Virus record (IMG/VR): IMGVR_UViG_3300032300_000143
Length of the DNA stretch: 64,000 nt
Source: an uncultured virus (IMG/VR IMGVR_UViG_3300032300_000143)
Taxonomy: Duplodnaviria; Heunggongvirae; Uroviricota; Caudoviricetes
Reading direction: 5' to 3' (one strand)
Part shown: piece by piece, positions 1 to 8,076 of the stretch
How the letters are laid out: the number at the start of each line of letters is the position of its first letter
Position numbering within the stretch: position 1 is the stretch's first letter
Position numbers and translations under genes: made by a program
Notes under the pieces: model-generated
Seen by the model: only the letters and a program-made list of their open reading frames with translations
Database searches by the model: none
What the model was told of the DNA's origin: nothing

Positions 1-84
1 CTCCACCTGCTGCTCCATCTGCTGCTCCACCTGCTGCTCCACCTGCTGCTCCACCTGCTGCTCCACCTGCTGCTCCACCTGCTG
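1..84. repeat. 12-bp tandem repeat (CTCCACCTGCTG) x7 encoding AAGG repeats
   Basis: Seven consecutive units, one with a C>T change; truncated by the window edge. Confidence 0.95.
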
Positions 85-292
85 CTGGTGCATCACCAGC
101 AGCACCTACAGTAGCTTTACCTGCTTGGAATCCTTTTTTCACTGCTGAGCCTAGCCCGGCAACACCACCGGCCACTGCTCCGACACCTTTGGCCAAAGTA
201 CCTACACCTCTGCCTACAGCAGACCCAATCTTATTTAAAAGAGGACCTTCATCGAGTTGATGTGATTCAATTAATATTTCTTGTATTCTCAT
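1..292 (-). CDS. Gly/Ala-rich probable virion (head-internal) protein, runs off the window start
   Basis: Not in the ORF track. ATG at 292 reads MRIQEILIESHQLDEGPLLNKIGSAVGRGVGTLAKGVGAVAGG...AAGGAAGG, open to base 1; it starts 1 nt after the upstream stop. Confidence 0.8.
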   Translation of the reverse strand, partial: MRIQEILIESHQLDEGPLLNKIGSAVGRGVGTLAKGVGAVAGGVAGLGSAVKKGFQAGKATVGAAGDAPAAGGAAGGAAGGAAGGAAGGAADGAAGG

Positions 293-293
293 A

Positions 294-1772
294 TCATGCT
301 TTTCCTAGTTGTTTGGTAAGATGTTGTATCATGCGTTGTCTATCTTTAGTATTTAACTGCATAATTGACTTTTTAATTTCTGCATAACCGCCGGTTGCGG
401 CAGCTGGATTTTCCGCTGGGCTTGTGGTGTCTAGTTTCATATCAGTATAAACTTTGTTAACAATGTCATCTGATATTTCCATACTGGTTAAAAACTTTTT
501 TAATTCTTCGGAATCTGTTGGTGAACCGTCTAGTTTCCATCCGGCCAATAATTTTTCATAGGTAACTTTGTTAGTGATGTTCTGTCCAACACGGCTGATA
601 CCTTTACCTACTGCTGCTGCACCTTTTTTAATCCAATCCATAGGACCTTCATTTAGCTGTTCCGTAGTTGAAATTTTCTTTAATAATAGATAAACCTGAC
701 CTTCGCTTAATGGGCGAGTCTGCACATAATAACTTTCTTTCTTTTCAGATCCAGTTGACGCTGCTACCGCACCTTGAGCTCCTGCTTGAAGTCCTTGTTT
801 AGCGGTGTTAATAAATTGTAATAGACTATCGTTGTCTTTAGCTGCTTTCCATGCACCGTCTACCATATCCTGCATGTCTGCCATATAATCTTTACTGCGA
901 ACTATGTCAGCAACCATTTTTAACTGATCAAATCCTTCAACGGCTCCATCTCCACCGCCTTTAACTAGATTCATTGCTGCTCGAATAGCACTGGCTTCTT
1001 CTGGTTTAACAAGAGCATTAAATCCTTGAGTAGTCTGTGTCCACTCCATCCCTGGAGCTTTAATAGTTTTAGTTGCATCCCAGCTGATGTTTTCTAAGCC
1101 GGCATCACCTGATCCAAATGGTATAGCCTGTTCACGGAATCCTGCCATCCAGTTACCTAGCATCTCAAATGCTTTACCAGATAGGAAACCAAATGCTGCT
1201 GTTTTGACACCTTTGCCGATAGCAGTAGAAAGTTTTTCACCTTTGATCAGTTCAGCTGCACCTCGCAACACTTGACCAGCTATGGCGCCGCCAACTGGTC
1301 CACCTGCTAGGGATGCTAGTGCAGTTAGTACACCGATAACCGCTGCGCTTTTGCCTGGATTTTCTTTCATCCAAATGCCTAGATTTGAAATGCCGTCTAA
1401 GAGTTTTGAATCAGGAAATTTTTTATTAATGTCATTCTTGAGTTTTTCAAACTTTTGATCTGCCATTTTAACAGGAGTTGTGTTCTGCAGCCACTTACCA
1501 ACATTATTAATAGTATCGTTGACCTGCTTAACACCATCTACACCAAGTCCTGCAAGGGTTCTATTATCGCCGCCTGCAACAGCAGCTTGCTCAACATTTT
1601 TAAAGATTCCTTTAACTTGATCAGCTGTCAGACTAGCTTCAATTAACGGCACGAGTTCATTGTAGACGCCTTCTACAATAACTCTCTGACTTTCAGTTAA
1701 CCCGTCACAGCTTTCACGAAGTAACCTACGACCTTCATGAATGTGGAATTCCATTAATGTTGCTATTCTCAT
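294..1772 (-). CDS. Hypothetical late protein, possible head-internal/ejection protein (492 aa)
   Basis: Long ORF behind an AATAAATA late-promoter motif; glycine-zipper-like hydrophobic segment AAVIGVLTALASLAGGPVGGAIAG; several L/I-x-E motifs. Confidence 0.6.
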   Translation of the reverse strand: MRIATLMEFHIHEGRRLLRESCDGLTESQRVIVEGVYNELVPLIEASLTADQVKGIFKNVEQAAVAGGDNRTLAGLGVDGVKQVNDTINNVGKWLQNTTPVKMADQKFEKLKNDINKKFPDSKLLDGISNLGIWMKENPGKSAAVIGVLTALASLAGGPVGGAIAGQVLRGAAELIKGEKLSTAIGKGVKTAAFGFLSGKAFEMLGNWMAGFREQAIPFGSGDAGLENISWDATKTIKAPGMEWTQTTQGFNALVKPEEASAIRAAMNLVKGGGDGAVEGFDQLKMVADIVRSKDYMADMQDMVDGAWKAAKDNDSLLQFINTAKQGLQAGAQGAVAASTGSEKKESYYVQTRPLSEGQVYLLLKKISTTEQLNEGPMDWIKKGAAAVGKGISRVGQNITNKVTYEKLLAGWKLDGSPTDSEELKKFLTSMEISDDIVNKVYTDMKLDTTSPAENPAAATGGYAEIKKSIMQLNTKDRQRMIQHLTKQLGKA

Positions 1773-1794
1773 TTCATATCCAAGACTTATTTGT

Positions 1795-1802
1795 TATTTA
1801 TT
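1795..1802 (-). promoter_or_regulatory. T4-type late promoter (AATAAATA)
   Basis: Near match to the T4 late consensus TATAAATA, 22 nt upstream of the ATG at 1772. Confidence 0.6.
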
Positions 1803-2323
1803 ACAGCTATGAGCTAAAGCTCATATTCGTTTTCGCTTAACGCTCAACGAATTTCTTTTCTCTTAACATTGATTATACTAAGTGCAAAGCACTTTAAATA
1901 TTATCTAGATTGTTCAGTCACACTTAGCCCTTGCGGGCTAAAAAAATGAACATTATCTGAGTTGCACAATGGTCACTTAGCGTTACAGCATTACTAAGGC
2001 GGTCGTCCGGTACCTTTAGCTGCGTCTTAATACGACGGCGGGTCTGCAAATATACGCTAACATACTTACAGCCGTGGGCTCTTCACCCTCTTTTAGCCTT
2101 GATTAACACTTTCTTGTACAGTAAACCGGTTCCGTAGGCATATCCGATCATGGTCCTGTTAAGGATACTACTGTTACAACCCCTCTACCAAGTAGGGAAT
2201 TCCGTTGACTGCGATCCGAGATCCAGCTTTAAGGGCACTCTAACAACGCCGGTGCGGGCTTATTTGGCAGTTTGTTGCCTAGATTTATTGAGCCTAAGTA
2301 TGCCTAGCGGCAGTGTGTGATTG
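1803..2323 (-). ncRNA. Candidate large structured ncRNA, or structured DNA element/origin
   Basis: ~520 nt with no ORF in the track, GC-richer than the flanks, with many hairpins (1808-1825, 1880-1894, 1924-1941 with a GCAA loop on the minus strand), G-U-containing stems on the minus strand, a loop-tail pseudoknot candidate and an 8-bp long-range pairing. Confidence 0.55.
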
Positions 2324-2758
2324 TTAGATTTTGGGTTTTTTGAGGATATGTGAGCCGTGAACTCGAACCTGTATGTGACCGTTGTACCAGTCAGTTGATT
2401 CTAGAACTTTGTGTTTGAATTGTTCTCTTGCCTCAATGTAGCTGCATTCTGATTTGTTTTTGCAGTAGAATAGAATTTCTCTAGTGAAGTTTTCTTTGCC
2501 TAAGGCCTGTACGTCTGCTGTTAGCGAATCGCTAGAACCATAATAGTCCTTCCAATCGCTTTCAATTTTGCCTCTAATCTTTTTTTTCTTCTTTTTGCCG
2601 TTCTTCAAAGTTACTGTTTTATAAGTGGTCTTTGCAAATTTAGCTAGTTTTTTGCCTATGTATCTTCGCCCAGAGATGACATTTGTAATAAGATATACGA
2701 ATCCGATATACTCTTCTGATATTTCATCAACAATTTTTTTCTTATACAACCATGTCAT
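2324..2758 (-). CDS. Small GIY-YIG family endonuclease
   Basis: GFVYLITN...RRYIGKK (GIY-YIG variant), YYGSS, NFTREIL, and conserved E (YIEAREQ) and N (WYNG); basic KKKKKK insert. Confidence 0.85.
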   Translation of the reverse strand: MTWLYKKKIVDEISEEYIGFVYLITNVISGRRYIGKKLAKFAKTTYKTVTLKNGKKKKKKIRGKIESDWKDYYGSSDSLTADVQALGKENFTREILFYCKNKSECSYIEAREQFKHKVLESTDWYNGHIQVRVHGSHILKKPKI

Positions 2759-2988
2759 CCCTTATGTATCTTAGGGGGCCTTCCTACCATGCCTTTTCTG
2801 GCTTGTTTTCGTATTTCTCGTTTTTCTTGTATTTCTACTCGTCGTATACTTGCCTGATCTCTAATTTCTGATAATGCGTTTCTTGCCTTAATGCCTGCTT
2901 CGTCTGAATTTTTATATTCAAAACGATCCTGCCATTTGAAATATTCCTGAAAGGCCCGGATCATTTTGTCATGCGCTTCTGTGGTCAA
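2755..2988 (-). CDS. Small basic protein, Hc1 (histone H1-like) N-terminal-like
   Basis: AGIKARNALSEIRDQASIRRVEIQEKR resembles the Hc1-family helix pattern; basic C-terminal tail; overlapping start/stop coupling. Confidence 0.45.
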   Translation of the reverse strand: MTTEAHDKMIRAFQEYFKWQDRFEYKNSDEAGIKARNALSEIRDQASIRRVEIQEKREIRKQARKGMVGRPPKIHKG

Positions 2989-4763
2989 GCAACAATCTCC
3001 ACATCGTTGCTATAGCTGGTGAATCCGTTCTCTTTGATAACTTTGAGCACGTGATTAACACGACTGGTTAGATCATCTCTATGCGAGATTAGGAAAACAT
3101 TCTTGTTACGTTCGCGAGTCATCTTCTTTAAGACTGCAATACTTGATTCAACTCCGCTGGCATCCATACCTGAATCTACAAGTTCGTCAATAAACAATAG
3201 ATTAATGGCCTGATATAAGTTTTCCCAAACATCACGGAACGCCCACGACAATGATAAAATCAATCTGTTGCGTTCTCCACGGCTTAGATTGTCAAAGTCT
3301 AGATCTTGTCCTAACTGTGTGATGATCACAGTAAGATCGTTTTGAAACTCTACAGTGTGCGGTAAACCAATCTTGTCTAGATAATAGGTCAATCGTTGAT
3401 TGAGATAGGCCAAGTTTTGATCAATTATACGTTTACGAATAAAACTGTCTTTGTTGGTCAGTAACTTGTGCAAAAATTCTTGATGATCTTTGATTCTAAT
3501 TATCTCATTAAGATTGTCATAGTCAATGACCTGAACTGCGGTGTGTTTTAATTCTTCAATCTGTTCAAGATAGGGATTGGTTTCGCCTGCTTTGATCTCT
3601 ATGTCACGTTCGAATCCGCTGAGTGTATTTTTGTGATTTAACGCCTGTTCTAGATTGTCGTAGATCACTGCGGGCATTTCACCTAGTTCACCTAACTCTT
3701 TAACAGCATCAGTATGTTCTAACAATTGTGTATTAGTTGCTAATGCCTGCAAAGCAGTTTCTTGCAGATCTTTGCGTTTCTTTTCTAATAACGCTACCTG
3801 TTTGTCATCGTGAAAACCTTGTCCGCAGCTATGACAGGTATGATTTTCTAAACTAGCAATATCTGCTTTAAGTTTATCCATCTCTTTGATTTCTCTAGCT
3901 TCGTCTAGCTCGCACCGTTTGATCCAACCGGTAAGATCGTTGATAGTCTTACGTTTCGTGTTGTAGACATCTAATGCTCTATGTGCGGCAATTTCTTGAT
4001 CGATATCTATGTCTAGAAGCTTTTCAATGGCTCTAGCAAGATTAGTGATGCTGGTTTCATTTTGCTCTTCCCACATCTTTTGTTTACGTTCTAGCGACTC
4101 TATGCTTTGTTGTATGCGGTCGTTGGATATTTTTATAGTTTCGATCTTGGTATTTTCTGTAACTATGGAATCCTTGCTAATCTTGATTAATTCTTTAAGA
4201 GCTTCGGCTTTTTCGCTCAATAAGGTAATACCCAGTAGCTGTTCAATGATGGCTCGTTGATCAGCAGCCTTCATCGACAGAAACGGTTCTGTGTAAGTGT
4301 TTAAGGCCACAAGATGTTTAAACATGTCATGAGTCATACCAAATACATCTTCGATGGATTTTTGTGTTTCTCTACTGTCGCCTTGACTTTCGTCTTGATC
4401 TAGATTTTCTTGTTCTCGTCCATTAACAGTAAACTTTAGAACATTGGGCTTACGACCTCTTTCTATGTGATAATCAACGCCGTCTTTTTCAAAACTCATT
4501 GTAACCAACATGCCTTTTCCGTTGATTTTGTTTACAAGATTATCTTTCTTGATGTTGGTTAGTGCATTACCGTAGATAGCATAACTGAGACCGTTGATAA
4601 TTGTAGTTTTACCTGTACCGTTACGAGCACCGCTGTCGTCACCACCGAGGTCAAGGTTCTCGCCTAGTACCAAAGTCAATTGTCCGCGATCAAAATCAAT
4701 GGCCTGTGTTTGTGCGCCCACACTCATGAAATTGCGAACGGTTAAATTCTTAATCTTAATCAT
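2985..4763 (-). CDS. gp46: Recombination endonuclease ATPase subunit (gp46/Rad50/SbcC-like)
   Basis: Walker A GARNGTGKTT, coiled coil with Zn-hook CHSC, signature LSRGE, Walker B LLFIDE, H-loop ISH. Confidence 0.95.
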   Translation of the reverse strand: MIKIKNLTVRNFMSVGAQTQAIDFDRGQLTLVLGENLDLGGDDSGARNGTGKTTIINGLSYAIYGNALTNIKKDNLVNKINGKGMLVTMSFEKDGVDYHIERGRKPNVLKFTVNGREQENLDQDESQGDSRETQKSIEDVFGMTHDMFKHLVALNTYTEPFLSMKAADQRAIIEQLLGITLLSEKAEALKELIKISKDSIVTENTKIETIKISNDRIQQSIESLERKQKMWEEQNETSITNLARAIEKLLDIDIDQEIAAHRALDVYNTKRKTINDLTGWIKRCELDEAREIKEMDKLKADIASLENHTCHSCGQGFHDDKQVALLEKKRKDLQETALQALATNTQLLEHTDAVKELGELGEMPAVIYDNLEQALNHKNTLSGFERDIEIKAGETNPYLEQIEELKHTAVQVIDYDNLNEIIRIKDHQEFLHKLLTNKDSFIRKRIIDQNLAYLNQRLTYYLDKIGLPHTVEFQNDLTVIITQLGQDLDFDNLSRGERNRLILSLSWAFRDVWENLYQAINLLFIDELVDSGMDASGVESSIAVLKKMTRERNKNVFLISHRDDLTSRVNHVLKVIKENGFTSYSNDVEIVA

Positions 4764-5770
4764 AGGTTGTTATATATCTCCAACAGCATGTTCTTTTCAA
4801 AGGTATCACTGTCAATGGCATTTATTTGATTCATTACAATAGTGTCTACGCTTTCAAAGTTAATGTCAATGGGCGTTGAGTTAGCATCAACTTCAACTTT
4901 TTCCGGAATCAACATGAGTTCGCGCAGTTTGTATTGCGACACAAATGTTTCTTTAATAAAATTGGCTTCTTCAAAACTAATAGGCAAGTCAATAGTAACA
5001 CGACAATGCATACGTTCTCGTAGCAATTGATTTGGCTTGTCAATAATTTGACTCAATTTATATGTTCTAAAGGTAGGCTGATCAGGCCAAGACTTAAACT
5101 CGGGTAAGCCGCCCCACTCTAAGATCATCATACCGCGATCATCGTCACCGGCATCTGCATAGTTGTGTGGAAAAGCATTGCCGATGTAATGTATATTCTT
5201 GTTGTTTTGTCTTTTATGAAAGTGTCCTGTGAATACGTACTCTTGGTTGACAAAGTGCCCGGATTGAATTGTGCCATGATCAGGCATCTGCACCATGGCG
5301 TTCATATAGAAGCTAGGAAGCTCTAAGTGTCCAAACAGATATCTACTTTTAATATTAGGAATATCTCTCCATTCATCAGCAACCAACCAGGGTATAATAG
5401 TAACATCGCCCTCTGTAAGACGCTCTCTGATAGGAATAATGTTAGGAAATAGTCGCATAAACTCGACGGAGTTGATTTCGCGTTTGTCCTTGTAGAACAG
5501 GTCGTGATTGCCTAGAATGAAATAGACCTTTTCAAATGACTGACTCAACTTTTCCAAATTACTAACAGTATAGTTCATGGTACTAACGTCTGTAGTACTG
5601 CGATTGTGATGCCAGTCACCTAGAAAGATAGCAGTTTCACAACTCTGTGCTCGAGCAGTATCACAAAACCAAGAAACGAAATCTTCGCAGTCTTGATTGT
5701 GTGTGCGACTACCGCTTTTAAGTCCAAAATGTATATCAGTAAAACAAGCAACTTTTTTAAATAGATTCAT
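4760..5770 (-). CDS. gp47: Recombination endonuclease nuclease subunit (gp47/Mre11/SbcD-like)
   Basis: Metallophosphoesterase motifs DIHFG, GDWHH, GNHD, GHFH; adjacent to gp46. Confidence 0.95.
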   Translation of the reverse strand: MNLFKKVACFTDIHFGLKSGSRTHNQDCEDFVSWFCDTARAQSCETAIFLGDWHHNRSTTDVSTMNYTVSNLEKLSQSFEKVYFILGNHDLFYKDKREINSVEFMRLFPNIIPIRERLTEGDVTIIPWLVADEWRDIPNIKSRYLFGHLELPSFYMNAMVQMPDHGTIQSGHFVNQEYVFTGHFHKRQNNKNIHYIGNAFPHNYADAGDDDRGMMILEWGGLPEFKSWPDQPTFRTYKLSQIIDKPNQLLRERMHCRVTIDLPISFEEANFIKETFVSQYKLRELMLIPEKVEVDANSTPIDINFESVDTIVMNQINAIDSDTFEKNMLLEIYNNL

Positions 5771-5776
5771 ATCTTT

Positions 5777-5805
5777 ATTTTACACTAATTTCAAACAAAG
5801 GTCAA
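5777..5805 (-). promoter_or_regulatory. Sigma70-type promoter for gp47, probably giving a leaderless mRNA
   Basis: TTGACC-17 nt-TAAAAT; the ATG follows 6 nt after the -10 box. Confidence 0.6.
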
Positions 5806-6659
5806 TCCCAATCACTACCATCCACTGAACTGGTACTTACAGCACCACTGACTCCGTTTCCGCTATTCTGTCGAGTCCACGATGGATTCATTCCGTTCAT
5901 TTCTAAAATATCATCTCGGATATTTTGATTGCGTTTTTCTATGTTGATGATCCTAACAAACGAGTTAGTAACGGCGGCAGTATAATAAGCAAAAGGATTG
6001 TCCGATTTACTCTCATCAAACTGTAAACCAATTTGAGTAAGTTGTAAAATTGCCTGTCCTCGCATTTCATCATTGTAAGTATATCCTCTAACGTTTCCAC
6101 GAGTTGCATATCGTTCACAGAGTTTGATAAACATTCTAGCTAGATTGTTAGTCATTTGCCCGTGTTCTTTGTTAAAAACCCCATTGAGTAAGCCACCTTT
6201 CCAATGACTTTTTCCCACACAAATCAAGTTGTCGTTGTCATCGAACTTCCAGTGTTGGAACGGAGGAAAATTTACTTTGTCATGACTGTCAGCGGTATTT
6301 TTCAAAGTTTTTTTACGACCAGGTGCTAGAGGAATATGATCAAAGGTCATTACACGAAATACCAAATCCTGTTTTTGTACCTTGCGATAGTCTACTTCAA
6401 ATTCTTTAATAGATATTTTCTTACCACCAGCAATCACTGCTGCCTCGTGGTTCTGTTTGGCCATTTTTACAGCTCTGTTCCTTTTTGCTTCAGCTATAGT
6501 TCTCACATTGATTTTTGCAAGATTAGCAACAATAAGATCGTATTCGCTGTATTCGGGTAGAGTAAAACTACAGAAGGTATTTTTACTAAGATGTATTTCT
6601 CGAAGCAAATCCTTGTTGGTAAGGTATTTGATCTTGGGCGGCTGGGCAATGATAGTCAT
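5802..6659 (-). CDS. gp55: Late-transcription sigma factor (gp55-like)
   Basis: YLTNKDLLREI N-terminus, N(V)RGYTYNDEM, FDESKSDNPFAYYT motif; position next to gp47/gp46 as in T4-like phages. Confidence 0.85.
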   Translation of the reverse strand: MTIIAQPPKIKYLTNKDLLREIHLSKNTFCSFTLPEYSEYDLIVANLAKINVRTIAEAKRNRAVKMAKQNHEAAVIAGGKKISIKEFEVDYRKVQKQDLVFRVMTFDHIPLAPGRKKTLKNTADSHDKVNFPPFQHWKFDDNDNLICVGKSHWKGGLLNGVFNKEHGQMTNNLARMFIKLCERYATRGNVRGYTYNDEMRGQAILQLTQIGLQFDESKSDNPFAYYTAAVTNSFVRIINIEKRNQNIRDDILEMNGMNPSWTRQNSGNGVSGAVSTSSVDGSDWD

Positions 6660-6703
6660 TAAATGTTATTCCTTTTAGTAATATAATAGCACATTTTACA
6701 AAG

Positions 6704-6711
6704 AATAAATA
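6704..6711 (+). promoter_or_regulatory. Late promoter (AATAAATA) heading the baseplate operon
   Basis: Motif 19 nt upstream of the ATG at 6731. Confidence 0.65.
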
Positions 6712-6730
6712 GACAAAACGGATATTAATT

Positions 6731-7759
6731 ATGCCATTGTCTATAAACCCTATTACAAATCTAGCATCAAACATCGGCAGTAGTCTTGGTAATCTAGCCA
6801 ATGCTGCAAATCAGTCCGCTGGCAATTTCAGTATGCCTAATACAAATCTTGCCAAACAAAGTCTAGATGCCACTGTCAACAGGCTAAGTGGCGGTTTTGG
6901 CAGCAGTTTAAATGGCATTACTGGATCTATAAACTCAGCTAGTGTTAGTAATTTATCCGGAACTGTGCAAAATTTTGCACAAAACGGTTTAACATCATTG
7001 TCCGGCGCAGCCGGCAGTTTTGCCACAGCCGGAAAGAGTGTTATTGACAATATTGCATCAGGGGGTAGTGTTGCTGGATTGGCTACTGGATTATTAAACG
7101 GTGCAGGACAACAAACTGCTGCCGCATTGGCAAGTATAGGACTTGATTTGATCAGTGCCGCTAGAGCAAAAAACATTCCCAGTACAGCTACTCTAGCATT
7201 AGGTGAACAAGCTTCTGTAGTACAAGTATATCCCAGTAACGAAGGTGATTGGCGTGTAAGAATTGACTCAATGTTTGGCGAAATTATTTTTCCAACAACT
7301 CCTACATTTAGCCTATCAACCAAAGCAAACTATAACAATCAAGAGCTGGTTCATGCAAATTTTCCTCATCCTGTTTATAAAAACAGCACTTCGGATGATA
7401 TTTCGATCAGTGGAGAATTTCCAGTCGAGACTCTAGAAGATGCTCAAGATTGGTTGCGTACTATTGCCCTAGGCCGCGGCCTTACTAAAATGTTTTATGG
7501 GAACAGTTCTCCGCAAGGAAATCCTCCACCTATTTGTACACTATCTGGATACGGTGCAGTATTAAAATATATTCCTGTTGTGATAAAATCTTTTCAGGTT
7601 GATTTTAAAGATGATGTTCACTATATACAAGCAGCCGGCGCATCCATCCCTAGAATAAGTACCATACAAATTACCTGTATGCCTGTGTACAGTAAAAGTA
7701 GTCAAAGAGGATTTGATCTTGAAGCGTATGTTAACAACGGCGGCAATATTCCTTTCTAA
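6731..7759 (+). CDS. Baseplate/tail-tube initiator-like structural protein
   Basis: Low-complexity Ser/Gly/Ala N-terminus; C-terminal tube-like domain (IIFPTTP, GNPPPICTLSGYG, PVVIKSF); first gene of the baseplate cluster. Confidence 0.55.
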   Translation: MPLSINPITNLASNIGSSLGNLANAANQSAGNFSMPNTNLAKQSLDATVNRLSGGFGSSLNGITGSINSASVSNLSGTVQNFAQNGLTSLSGAAGSFATAGKSVIDNIASGGSVAGLATGLLNGAGQQTAAALASIGLDLISAARAKNIPSTATLALGEQASVVQVYPSNEGDWRVRIDSMFGEIIFPTTPTFSLSTKANYNNQELVHANFPHPVYKNSTSDDISISGEFPVETLEDAQDWLRTIALGRGLTKMFYGNSSPQGNPPPICTLSGYGAVLKYIPVVIKSFQVDFKDDVHYIQAAGASIPRISTIQITCMPVYSKSSQRGFDLEAYVNNGGNIPF

Positions 7760-7762
7760 TAT

Positions 7763-8074
7763 ATGGCAATTTATAAAAAAACTAGTCCTTGGTACATAAC
7801 CAAACAAAATACACTTTACTTGGAATTATTGACTCTAAGAACAATTCCAACTTCTGATGATGATTTTAAATACGTCATTGAAAATCAATACAGACATCGT
7901 CCGGATCTATTGGCATTTGACCTTTATCAAGATGCAAAATTATGGTGGGTGTTTGCACAAAGAAACAGATCGATACTAAAAGATCCTATCTACGATTTTT
8001 CTCCCGGCACTACAATTTTTTGTCCAGCTAAAGCCAATATCAATGCTGCCTTATCAACCACTGCTGGAAGTTAA
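7763..8074 (+). CDS. Baseplate wedge protein, gp53/LysM-like
   Basis: RPDLLAFDLYQDAKLWWVFAQRN matches the gp53/LysM-type pattern. Confidence 0.75.
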   Translation: MAIYKKTSPWYITKQNTLYLELLTLRTIPTSDDDFKYVIENQYRHRPDLLAFDLYQDAKLWWVFAQRNRSILKDPIYDFSPGTTIFCPAKANINAALSTTAGS

Positions 8075-8076
8075 TC

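Noticed and set aside
1..84. CRISPR array
   Set aside because: The units are contiguous 12-mers without spacers and lie in a coding frame.
1803..2323. tRNA, tmRNA or RNase P RNA
   Set aside because: No T-arm GTTCRA/CCA cloverleaf, tmRNA termini or RNase P GAGGAAAGUCC motif seen.
1803..2758. Group I/II intron carrying the GIY-YIG as a homing endonuclease
   Set aside because: The flanking ORFs look complete rather than split, and I could not find group I P7/J8-7 or group II domain V consensus. Not excluded without a covariance search.
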